Source of the DNA: Octopus sinensis
Taxonomy: Eukaryota
Direction of reading: 5' to 3'
Assembly: GCF_006345805.1 (NCBI RefSeq)
Contig: NW_021832845.1
Span: forward strand, 7,377 to 71,376
Length of the DNA stretch: 64,000 nucleotides
Shown: positions 36,354 to 47,160 of the stretch, piece after piece
How the letters are laid out: every line of letters begins with the position of its first letter
Position numbering within the stretch: the stretch's first letter is position 1
Notes under the pieces: generated by a model
The model's database searches: none
What the model saw: the letters and a program-made list of their open reading frames with translations, nothing else
Told to the model about the DNA's origin: nothing
Made by a program: the position numbers and the translations under genes

Positions 36354-37881
36354 ATGTATGATTTGAAGCGAGACAGATTTAAACTTTGTACTGTTTCTGC
36401 TCCCTCCCCCCTTTTTTTTGAGTTTTATCAATTACTATACAACACTAAAGAAACTGCATTTTTTGTCTCTTTCTTTCTTCTTGCTGAATGAAAACAAATA
36501 CCAAATTAGAGGTATTTGTATAATTGTGGCCTTCCAGGTAGAATCCTAGTTTAAACAGTCCTTATAATTTCAGAAAATTTTTGCTACACACACAAATTAA
36601 TATGATTATTGAAAAGACAGCATGGTGTTTCACTTTCTGGATCATAAAATGAAATATTATCTTAATTATTAATTTAAGAGAATCACTGCCAGAAAATAGC
36701 ATATCGATATATTACTGATGTTCACCTTAATTTTACGAAATAATCTTTAACATATATCTTGTGTTTTTATTACTATACAAACCAGTATTAACAACAGAGT
36801 CTCTTCTTTTTGGACATACCTTGTAGTTGTGGCTTGATGCAATGGGAAGTTTCAAAAACCAACTGGGAAATACAGACAATGAAAGGAACTTAGTTTCTGA
36901 AAGATAAAAATAAAAGAAACTATTTAAAAAAATTTTACTGAAAATGTACTGAATTTTTTTTAATTCCAAAAAGTTAATAAAGGTTATGAGTGGTTATATG
37001 GGGTACTTAAACGAGAATCCCCCCAAAAATCAAATTTTCAAACTAATTTTTTTTTAATAGCATAAATGTTTTTATGGGAATAAAAATATTGAAAAACATT
37101 AATACATGTTACAGTGAGGAAGAAACAAGAATGGGATGTGTTAGAAACAACAGGCAGATCTCCCTTAAATCACACACCTTTCTTTACTCATAACTTTCTC
37201 ACAAATGGATATTAATGGATATTTCGGAATTTGTTGTGAAAATGTTTTATGAGGGTGGGGTGAAAAGTTTTGGAAAATACACATCAGTCAGCTTAATTTC
37301 CTCATAACTTTTGGAGAAATGGATATTTCTTTGATGAAATTTTCTACAAATATCATTCAGATTGTGAAGGTGATGATTATATCAGAATTTAATACGTAAA
37401 CAAAATTTGTGGGCTCACACACATACATAATTACATACACATCATGAATTGAAACTTAAAATTTTGATAAAAAATGTTATATCTGCGTGTGTGTGTGTGT
37501 GCAAACATATCAATTTTTTTTTTTTTTTTAGAATAGATTTCAATCTAATTATAATCTACAACATCTGAAGCATATTTGTTGCAAATTTCGTTTAAAAGAA
37601 TATTAATTTTTCTGGACGATATGAGGAAAGAAATTCAGAGGTGTATGGCGGGTGGGGTGGGGGACATTATACCTAACTCCTTTAATATCTCAAATATCCT
37701 GAGCACCACAATAACAATGAATAATATTACGCCCACATAGATATGCTTCTACTTCTTTCAGCAATTTGACTGGGGTCTTTCAAACAAATTGACCCCAGGA
37801 CTTATTTCTAAGCCTAGAACTAATTGTATTGATATCTTTTGCTGAAATACTAAATTAGGGGGACCACACACACACACACAT

Positions 37882-39975
37882 ATCCTCCATATTTTCATAC
37901 ACTCCTCTTTTTACATCTCCTCATACTACATACATAGATATACGTATTGAATATAATATAGTTAAACACACCCCAAATAAGCCAAATATATCAATCAACA
38001 TATTTATATCTCTACTCAATAAAATTTTAATAATCAAATCTTTTGAATAAAACCCAGCTAAAAATGGAAACCCACATAACGCCATATTCGAAATGTGAAG
38101 AATAATCCTAGCGAAAGGTAAATTATACCTAACTCCTTTAATATCTCAAATATCCTGAGCACCACAATAACAATGAATAATATTACCCCCTCATAAAAAC
38201 AACAAAGCCTTAAATATAGCATGAGTATATAAATGAAACAAAGCTAATATAGGTATCTTTATCCCCTGTGGGATGACGTCAGCAGCTGGGTGCGTTGACC
38301 GGAAGGGGTCAGCCGTCAGGCGTGTGCAGGGAACGGGCAATTGGGCCTTTCCAACGTGGGTCGTGCAGGTGACAAGATGTGTGAGGACGTCGCTAAGGGT
38401 TAGGGCTAGCAGCTGCTATCGTTAGTGTTTGGGTCGGGGCTGTGTGGAAGGACTAGTTACCGTTGGAGGGTCTCCATCACTAAGAAGAGAAGGTAGGTGC
38501 CTTTGTATTCAAATCGCGCACACGCTACATCCCCAAAGACATTATTATAACCCCTAATTGTCTTAAAGTCGATAAAGCAATAATTTTTTTTATATCGTAT
38601 TCATAAATAGCACAAACCCCCGATATAAAAGTAGTTATAATTGAAATAAACACTATAAAGTTACAAAAATAATTTACTTCAACTAAATAATTATAAAACC
38701 GAATTAATAAATATACCCCCGCTGTAACTAAAGTAGATGAATGTACTAAAGCTGAAACTGGAGTTGGTGCTGCTATAGCAGCAGGTAATCAACTTCTAAA
38801 AGGAATCTGAGCCCTCTTAGTTATTCCAGCAATAACCACAAAAATTATACAAATATCAATAAATCAAAAATATCAAATACATAAATAATTTCAATGTCCC
38901 AATAATGACATAATCCTAATTCCAGCCAAAATAAAACAATCTCCGATCCGATTTATTAATACTGTTAATATACCTGCACTTAGTGATTTATTATTTTGAT
39001 AATAAATTACTAAACAAAACGATACTAAACCTAATCCATCTCATCCTAAAATTAAACTAACAAACCTAGGAATAAAACTACAACTCAATTAAACAAACAT
39101 CTAATTCAACAAATAACCCAATTACATTAAAAATTTCCCATGAAATAATATAACAATAATTATTTAAAATTAAATATATAAATGTAATTATAAATATAAA
39201 AGAAACTGACAGAAACGAATATATGCGTTTTGACCGAAATGGTTTTTTTCTATCTCTGGCGAGTTAACTCGTCAAAAGATAGACTCGCCAAAATCGACAG
39301 CAAACGAGTTCCTTCGTCTATTATAAACTCTTTTTTGACATATACGAGTATATTCGCTCACTTTATACGTCTGGCAGTGACGATTTCTGCCACCTTTCGC
39401 TTGAGTAAGGCATTGAAGACCGAGTACGATTTAGTCACCTGGAGACAGTCGAAGGGTTGGAAGGCATATTTTATGAATAGAAGTGTTCACTTTGTTTTTA
39501 CGTTGTTTTTTTTATACCTTTATATTATAACCCCACCATGTCGAGCTCTGATGATGATAGCGATTATGAAGCTTCTCTTGGAGGGTTGGATACATCTGAT
39601 GAGAGTGAAAGTTCGTCAGAAGAGTTTTGAAGTAATAAAATCAACAGAAGTAAACAATCATGTTTTGATCATTCATTCTCAATTTGGAAAATAAGATAAC
39701 CAAATAAAATAACATGATTTTTTGTAAAAGTAATATGATTTATGAAAAAAACGGGTTAACTCGTTTCTGCCCAAAGCGGTAATTTAAAATCAATATTATT
39801 GAATTAAAATTCATAATAAATAAGGTTTGAAATATACCTCGAAATCACCATTCAAAACATAGTAAAATAAAACAATTAAAAAATATGTCTGAAAAAATAC
39901 ATTTATTTTCAAAATAATTGTTGGGTAAGGGGTTAACATAATACTAAAAAAAATTTCTAACTTTAATTTACCCAT
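37882..39975 (-). pseudogene. ND5: NUMT: mitochondrial nad5, interrupted at about 38261-38530 and 39200-39936
   Basis: Invertebrate mt code on minus gives GWDGLGLVSF (39030-39050), [15 protein letters not shown] (38740-38790), KKIIALSTL (38550-38590), THAIFKALLF (38200) and LCGFPFLAGFYSKD (38040-38080). Confidence 0.92.
39200..39936. mobile_element. Non-autonomous DNA transposon remnant (piggyBac-like right end GGGG|TTAA) inside the NUMT
   Basis: Non-mitochondrial block ending ttgggtaaggggttaa. The left TIR is not recognisable. Confidence 0.4.
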
Positions 39976-41516
39976 AGGCGCAGGAGTGGCTGTGTGGTAA
40001 GTAACTTGCTAACCAACTACATGGTTCCGGGTTCAGTCCCACTGCGTGGCATCTTGGGCAAGTGTCTTCTGCTATAGCTCCGGGCCGACCAATGCCTTGT
40101 GAGTGGATTTGGTAGACAGAAACTGAAAGAAGCCTGTCGTATATAGGTATATATATATATGTATGTGTGTGTTTGTGTGTCTGTGTTTGTCCCTCTAGCA
40201 TTGCTTGACAACCGATGCTGGTGTGTTTACGTCACCGTCACTTAGCGGTTCGGCAAAAGAGACCGATAGAATAAGTACTGGGCTTACAAAGAATAAGTCC
40301 CGGGGTCGATTTGCTCGACTAAAGGCGGTGCTCCAGCATGGCCGCAGTCAAATAACGGAAACAGGGAAAAGAGAGAGATAGTAAAATAAATTAACTTTTT
40401 CTCTAAGCCCACAACCTAGTATTTTCACATAAACTAATTTTACTAATAATTAAAAATCAATACCTCTAATATATCCAATATTCAAAATAAATATTAATAA
40501 AGGAATAATATGTAATACTAACAATAAATTTTCATTCCTTTTATTAACATTTAAAACTTTTATAAATCTTATCATCTGACCATGATCTACCGTAACATAA
40601 AAAACCAAATTATATAATCCTCCCATAAATACTATTATTAACACAAAAAATAATAAATATAATCTATCTATTCAGTCTTTCAGTCTTTTACTTGTTTCAG
40701 TCATTTGACTGCGGCCATGCTGGAGCACCACCTTTTTTCGAGCAACTCAACTCCGAGACTTATTCTTTGTAAGCCCAGTACTTATTCTATCGGTCGCTAA
40801 GTGACGGCGACGTAAACACACCAGCATCGGTTGTCAAGCAATGCTAGGGGGACAAACACACACACACACATACATACAGTTTCCGTCTACCAAATCCACT
40901 CACAAGGCTTTGGTCGGCCCGAGGCTATAGTAGAAGACACTTGCCCAAGGTGCCACGCAATGGGACTGAACCCGGAACCATGTGGTTGGTAAACAAGCTA
41001 CTTACCACACAGCCACTCCTGCGCCTATATATAGAGAGATATATAATATAATTTCACTAACCAAATTGATAAATGGAGGAGTTCCCATATTACAAATACA
41101 TAACAAAAACATTAATAAACTCATTATAGGCGCAGGAGTGGCTGTGTGGTAAGTAGCTTGCTAACCAACCACATGGTTCCGGGTTCAGTCTCACTGCGTG
41201 GCATCTTGAGCAAATGTCTTCTGCTATAGCCCCGGGCCGACCAATGCCTTGTGAGTGGATTTGGTAGACGGAAACTGAAAGAAGCCCGTCATATATATGT
41301 ATATATATGTGTTTGTGTGTCTGTGTTTGTCCCCCTAGTATTGCTTGACAACCGATGCTGGTGTGTTTACGTCCCCGTCACTTAGTGGTTCGGTAAAAGA
41401 GACCGATAGAATAAGTACTGGGCTTACAAAGAATAAGTCCTTGGGGTCGATTTGCTCGACTAAAGGCGGTGCTCCAGCATGGCCGCAGTCAAATGACTGA
41501 AACAAGTAAAAGAGTA

Positions 41517-41896
41517 TCTCTCTATATATAAACGGCAGTTTGTCTGTGTGCGTGTCTGTTAGGTTGTACCCTCACCCTGACCACGGCTTTCAACCGATTC
41601 TGATGAAACTTGACACACACATAGCCCAATGTCATAATTCAAAACTAACGCAGCGAATATTTTGAAAAGTTCCCCCCAGTTCTGGAAAAGATCGATAAAT
41701 TCGACGTGGGGTCGACAATCAGACACACAAACCACAGATGGTCTAGGGGACGCAACTCGACCTTTTTAACTCTCAAAAAAAAAATTTACCATCATTTTTT
41801 TCACCATTTTTTTGCTATTTTTTGGCTATAACTCTCTAAAAATGCTTTATAGTTATTTCCCTTACAAACCCGAGCAACGCCGGGCGATACTGCTAG
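41517..41896 (+). mobile_element. Complete non-autonomous Helitron
   Basis: A|TCTCTATATATAAACGGCAG ... CCCGAGCAACGCCGGG hairpin ... CTAG|T; inserted between A and T without a TSD. Confidence 0.9.
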
Positions 41897-42101
41897 TACT
41901 ATATAATTACCACCTAAAAACTTAAATAATCCTATAAATCGTATAATTCCATACCCTCCTAATTTTAATAATACACCTGCCAGAATTATAGACCCAGAAA
42001 TGGGAGCTTCTACATGAGCCTTAGGTAATCACAAATGAAAAAGGTAAATTGGTAATTTTACCGAAAAAGCTAATAATAACCCAATAACTCAATATAACCT
42101 C

Positions 42102-45100
42102 ATCATCATCATCATCATCGTTTAACGTCCGTTTTCCGCGCTAGCACGGGTTGGACGGTTCGACCGGGGTCTGGGAAGCCAGGGGCTGCTCCAGGCTCCA
42201 GTCTGATCTGGCAGAGTTTCTACAGCTGGATGCCCTTCCTAACGCCAACCACTCCGCGAGTGTAGTGGGTGCTTTTTACGTGCCACCTGCACAGGTGCCA
42301 GGGGGGGGGGGTCCGGCATCGGTCACGATCGGTTGGAGCTTTTAATGTGCCAGCAGCACGGAAGCCAGCCAAGGCGGGGCTGGCAACGTTCGGACGGTCC
42401 TTTTTATGTGCCACCGGCACAGGGGCCAGTCGGGGCGGCGCTGGCATCGGCCACGTTCGGACGGTCCTTTTTATGTGCCACCGGCACAGGGGCCAGTCGG
42501 GGCGGCGCTGGCATCGGCCACGTTCGGATGGTGCTTTTTATGTGCCACCAGCACAGGGGCCAGTCGGGGCAGCGCTGGCATCGGCCACGTTCGGATGGTG
42601 CTTTTTATGTGCCACCAGCACAGGGGCCAGTCGGGGCGGCGCTGGCATCGGCCACGTTCGGATGGTGCTTTTTATGTGCCACCGGCACAGGGGCCAGTCG
42701 GGGCGGCGCTGGCATCGGCCACGTTCGGATGGTGCTTTTTATGTGCCACCAGCACAGGGGCCAGTCGGGGCGGCGCTGGCATCGGCCACGTTCGGATGGT
42801 GCTTTTTATGTGCCACCAGCACAGGGGCCAGTCGGGGCGGCGCTGGCATCGGCCACGTTCGGATGGTGCTTTTTATGTGCCACCAGCACAGGGGCCAGTC
42901 GGGGCGGCGCTGGCATCGGCCACGTTCGGATGGTGCTTTTTATGTGCCACCGGCACAGGGGCCAGTCGGGGCGGCGCTGGCATCGGCCACGTTCGGATGG
43001 TGCTTTTTATGTGCCACCAGCACAGGGGCCAGTCGGGGCGGCGCTGGCATCGGCCACGTTCGGATGGTGCTTTTTATGTGCCACCAGCACAGGGGCCAGT
43101 CGGGGCGGCGCTGGCATCGGCCACGTTCGGATGGTGCTTTTTATGTGCCACCAGCACAGGGGCCAGTCGGGGCGGCGCTGGCATCGGCCACGTTCGGATG
43201 GTGCTTTTTATGTGCCACCAGCACAGGGGCCAGTCGGGGCGGCGCTGGCATCGGCCACGTTCGGATGGTGCTTTTTATGTGCCACCAGCACAGGGGCCAG
43301 TCGGGGCGGCGCTGGCATCGGCCACGTTCGGATGGTGCTTTTTATGTGCCACCAGCACAGGGGCCAGTCGGGGCGGCGCTGGCATCGGCCACGTTCGGAT
43401 GGTGCTTTTTATGTGCCACCAGCACAGGGGCCAGTCGGGGCGGCGCTGGCATCGGCCACGTTCGGATGGTGCTTTTTATGTGCCACCGGCACAGGGGCCA
43501 GTCGGGGCGGCGCTGGCATCGGCCACGTTCGGATGGTGCTTTTTATGTGCCACCGGCACAGGGGCCAGTCGGGGCGGCGCTGGCATCGGCCACGTTCGGA
43601 TGGTGCTTTTTATGTGCCACCAGCACAGGGGCCAGTCGGGGCGGCGCTGGCATCGGCCACGTTCGGATGGTGCTTTTTATGTGCCACCGGCACAGGGGCC
43701 AGTCGGGGCGGCGCTGGCATCGGCCACATTCGGATGGTGCTTTTTATGTGCCACCAGCACAGGGGCCAGTCGGGGCGGCGCTGGCATCGGCCACGTTCGG
43801 ATGGTGCTTTTTATGTGCCACCGGCACAGGGGCCAGTCGGGGCGGCGCTGGCATCGGCCACGTTCGGATGGTGCTTTTTATGTGCCACCAGCACAGGGGC
43901 CAGTCGGGGCGGCGCTGGCATCGGCCACGTTCGGATGGTGCTTTTTATGTGCCACCAGCACAGGGGCCAGTCGGGGCGGCGCTGGCATCGGCCACGTTCG
44001 GATGGTGCTTTTTATGTGCCACCGGCACAGGGGCCAGTCGGGGGGCGCTGGCATCGGCCACGTTCGGATGGTGCTTTTTATGTGCCACCGGCACAGGGGC
44101 CAGTCGGGGCGGCGCTGGCATCGGCCACATTCGGATAGTGCTTTTTATGTGCCACCAGCACAGGGGCCAGTCGGGGCGGCGCTGGCATCGGCCACGTTCG
44201 GATGGTGCTTTTTATGTGCCACCGGCACAGGGGCCAGTCGGGGCGGCGCTGGCATCGGCCACGTTCGGATGGTGCTTTTTATGTGCCACCAGCACAGGGG
44301 CCAGTCGGGGCGGCGCTGGCATCGGCCACGTTCGGATGGTGCTTTTTATGTGCCACCAGCACAGGGGCCAGTCGGGGCGGCGCTGGCATCGGCCACGTTC
44401 GGATGGTGCTTTTTATGTGCCACCGGCACAGGGGCCAGTAGGGGCGGCGCTGGCATCGGCCACGTTCGGATGGTGCTTTTTATGTGCCACCAGCACAGGG
44501 GCCAGTCGGGGCGGCGCTGGCATCGGCCACGTTCGGATGGTGCTTTTTATGTGCCACCAGCACAGGGGCCAGTCGGGGCGGCGCTGGCATCGGCCACATT
44601 CGGATGGTGCTTTTTATGTGCCACCAGCACAGGGGCCAGTCGGGGCGGCGCTGGCATCGGCCACATTCGGATAGTGCTTTTTATGTGCCACCAGCACAGG
44701 GGCCAGTCGGGGCGGCGCTGGCATCGGCCACGTTCGGATGGTGTTTTATGTGCCACCAGCACAGGGGCCAGTCGGGGCGGCGCTGGCATCGGCCACGTTC
44801 GGATGGTGCTTTTTATGTGCCACCAGCACAGGGGCCAGTCGGGGCGGCGCTGGCATCGGCCACATTCGGATGGTGCTTTTTATGTGCCACCAGCACAGGG
44901 GCCAGTCGGGGCGGCGCTGGCATCGGCCACATTCGGATGGTGCTTTTTATGTGCCACCAGCACAGGGGCCAGTCGGGGCGGCGCTGGCATCGGCCACATT
45001 CGGATGGTGCTTTTTATGTGCACCAGCACAGGGGCCAGTCGGGGCGGCGCTGGCATCGGCCACATTCGGATGGTGCTTTTTATGTGCCACCAGCACAGGG

Positions 45101-45156
45101 GCCAGTCGGGGCGGCGCTGGCATCGGCCACGTTCGGATGGTGCTTTTTATGTGCCA
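42102..45156 (-). repeat. RTE 3'UTR copy whose internal 67-bp unit is expanded about 41-fold (GC-rich minisatellite 42400-45156)
   Basis: (CAT)n tail at 42102, conserved RTE 3'UTR, then unit tgtgccacc(a/g)gcacaggggccagtcggggcggcgctggcatcggccacgttcggatggtgcttttta; period 67 (42541, 42608). Confidence 0.92.
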
Positions 45157-45597
45157 TATTATTAATAAACAACAATTTAATTAAATCTATTCTATATGAT
45201 CCTTCTTGATATCCCCACAATAATAAACACAATAATAAAGGTAAAGAAGCACTTACTGTATATAATATTATATATATCCCAGCTTGTAAACGCTCAGGTT
45301 GATAGCCCCAACTTAAAATCAACAACAATGTAGGAATTAATGAAACCTCGAAAAATAAATAAAATATAATTAAATTTTCTACCAAAAAAAACACAATTAC
45401 TACAAAACATAGTAATAATACACAAAAAGAAAAAAATCTCACCTTATTATTAATCCTTTTTACTGATTTATAACTAGATAATAATATTAAACTACTTGTT
45501 CAAAATCTTAATAATACCAAAATCATCGATACCTTATCTAAAGAAAAATAAAACTCCCTCACCCCCCTACAATCAATATTTAAATATTTTAATCTCA

Positions 45598-46430
45598 TCA
45601 TCATCATCATTTAGCATCCGTTGTCCATGCTAGCATGGGTTGGACGGTTTAACTGGTGTCTGTGAAGCCGGAAGGCTTCATCAGGCCCAGTCAGATTTGG
45701 CAGTGTTTCTACGGCTGGATGCCCTTCCTAACGCCAACCACTCCGCGAGTGTAGTGGGTGTTTTTTACATGCCACCTGCACAAGTGCCAGACAGAGCTGG
45801 CACAACGGCCACGAACGGACGGTGCTTTTACGTGTCACCGGCATGGAGGGCAACCCGAGGCTGGCAAAACCTAAAAATTAATATATATCATAAACGTAAA
45901 CTCCCACTTTAATCAAAAATTCAACGACAACAATATAATAATTCCTATTAATATTCCTATAATTTATAAACTCTTAAACTCATTACGTAATCATTACCAT
46001 GTAAACGAATAAAACTAACTAATAAAGATAACCCTAAAGAAGCCTCACAAACTCCAAAAACAACCACATCATCATCATCATCATCATTTAGCGTCCATTT
46101 TCCATGCTAGCATGGGTTAGACGGTTTAACTGGGGTCTGTGAAGCCGGGAGGCTTCATCAGGCCCAGTCAGATTGGCAGTGTTTCTACGGCTAGATGCCC
46201 TTCCTAAAGCCAACCATTCCGTGAGTGTAGTGGGTGCTTTTACGTGCCACCTGCACAGGTGCCAGACGGAGCTGGTAAACGGCCACGGACGGATGGTGCT
46301 TTTTACATGCCACTGGCACGGGGGCCAGGCAAGGCTGGCAACGGACACGAGCGGATGGTGCTTTTACGTGCCAATGGCACGGGGGCCAGGCGAGGGTGGC
46401 AACGGACAAACGATCGGATGGTTCGCTTAA
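45598..46430 (-). mobile_element. Two further RTE 3'UTR-only copies (45598-45865 and 46068-46430) in the NUMT
   Basis: (CAT)n tail plus ttagcgtcc...ggatgcccttcctaacgccaacc core. Confidence 0.85.
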
Positions 46431-46590
46431 CCACAGCTGCAATTTCCACTGATGTTGATTAAATATAAATTTAATCTAACTATACCTACAGAAAAGAAAA
46501 ATATAGAAATTACTCTTAATGTCAACACTTCAAAACCTAATAAAATATTTAAAATATGTTTCCACTGAAATAATAAAACAAACAAACCAC

Positions 46591-46625
<35 letters not shown>

Positions 46626-47033
46626 TAATAGTAATAATAATTGTGTACAGTGCTCAGGTGCACTACAACTCATCTAAAGTGTATATATAATCAGGTGTAG
46701 TTTCGGTGGATTTCGGAAAGCATGAGGGCCTTAAAGGATGCAGTGTCATGGCAGTCAACAACTGACGCAGGCAGTTTATTCCATGCTTCAGCAACTCTGA
46801 GCGTGAAGAAATGTTTCCGAAAGTAATGGGAGCTGTGCTGTTTTCTGACTTTGTAGGCATGTCCACGTGTGTTAGACTCATGGAGATCAAAAAGGTGTTC
46901 AGTGTTGTTGTTGGTGAGGTGGTTGATAACTTTGTGGGTGTTTACCAAGTCCGTCGCCAGATGCCGGAGCTTCAGTGAATCCATGCCCAGGGAAACAAGG
47001 CGCTCAGAATATGGTAGGTGTCTGATGGAGGTG

Positions 47034-47095
<62 letters not shown>

Positions 47096-47160
47096 CTAAC
47101 AATAAACAATTATTTATAATCATACACGTTATAATAGTTTATATAAAACATTGGTCTTGT
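45866..47160 (-). pseudogene. ND4L: NUMT: nad4 start and nad4L (pieces about 45866-46066, 46460-46590, 47095-47110)
   Basis: CGLFVLLFQWKHILNILLGFEV and VFGVCEASLGLSLL on the minus strand. Confidence 0.8.
46595..47020 (-). mobile_element. CR1/L2-like LINE 3' end with (TAT)n tail
   Basis: NTRGHAYKVRKQHS..FRKHFFTLRVAEAWNKLP C-terminal motif. Confidence 0.85.

Larger units (their letters stand above)
40378..45595 (-). pseudogene. ND4: NUMT: trnH region plus nad4 in four pieces (about 40440-40670, 41035-41125, 41898-42101, 45157-45595)
   Basis: [10 protein letters not shown] (about 42000-42035), [15 protein letters not shown] (45280-45330), C-terminal LHIIPL. Pieces are colinear. Confidence 0.9.

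Noticed and set aside
42269-45209. Very long ORFs (601-919 aa) in three frames
   Set aside because: They are a by-product of the stop-poor GC-rich 67-bp minisatellite. The unit is not a multiple of 3, so the same peptides cycle through all frames.
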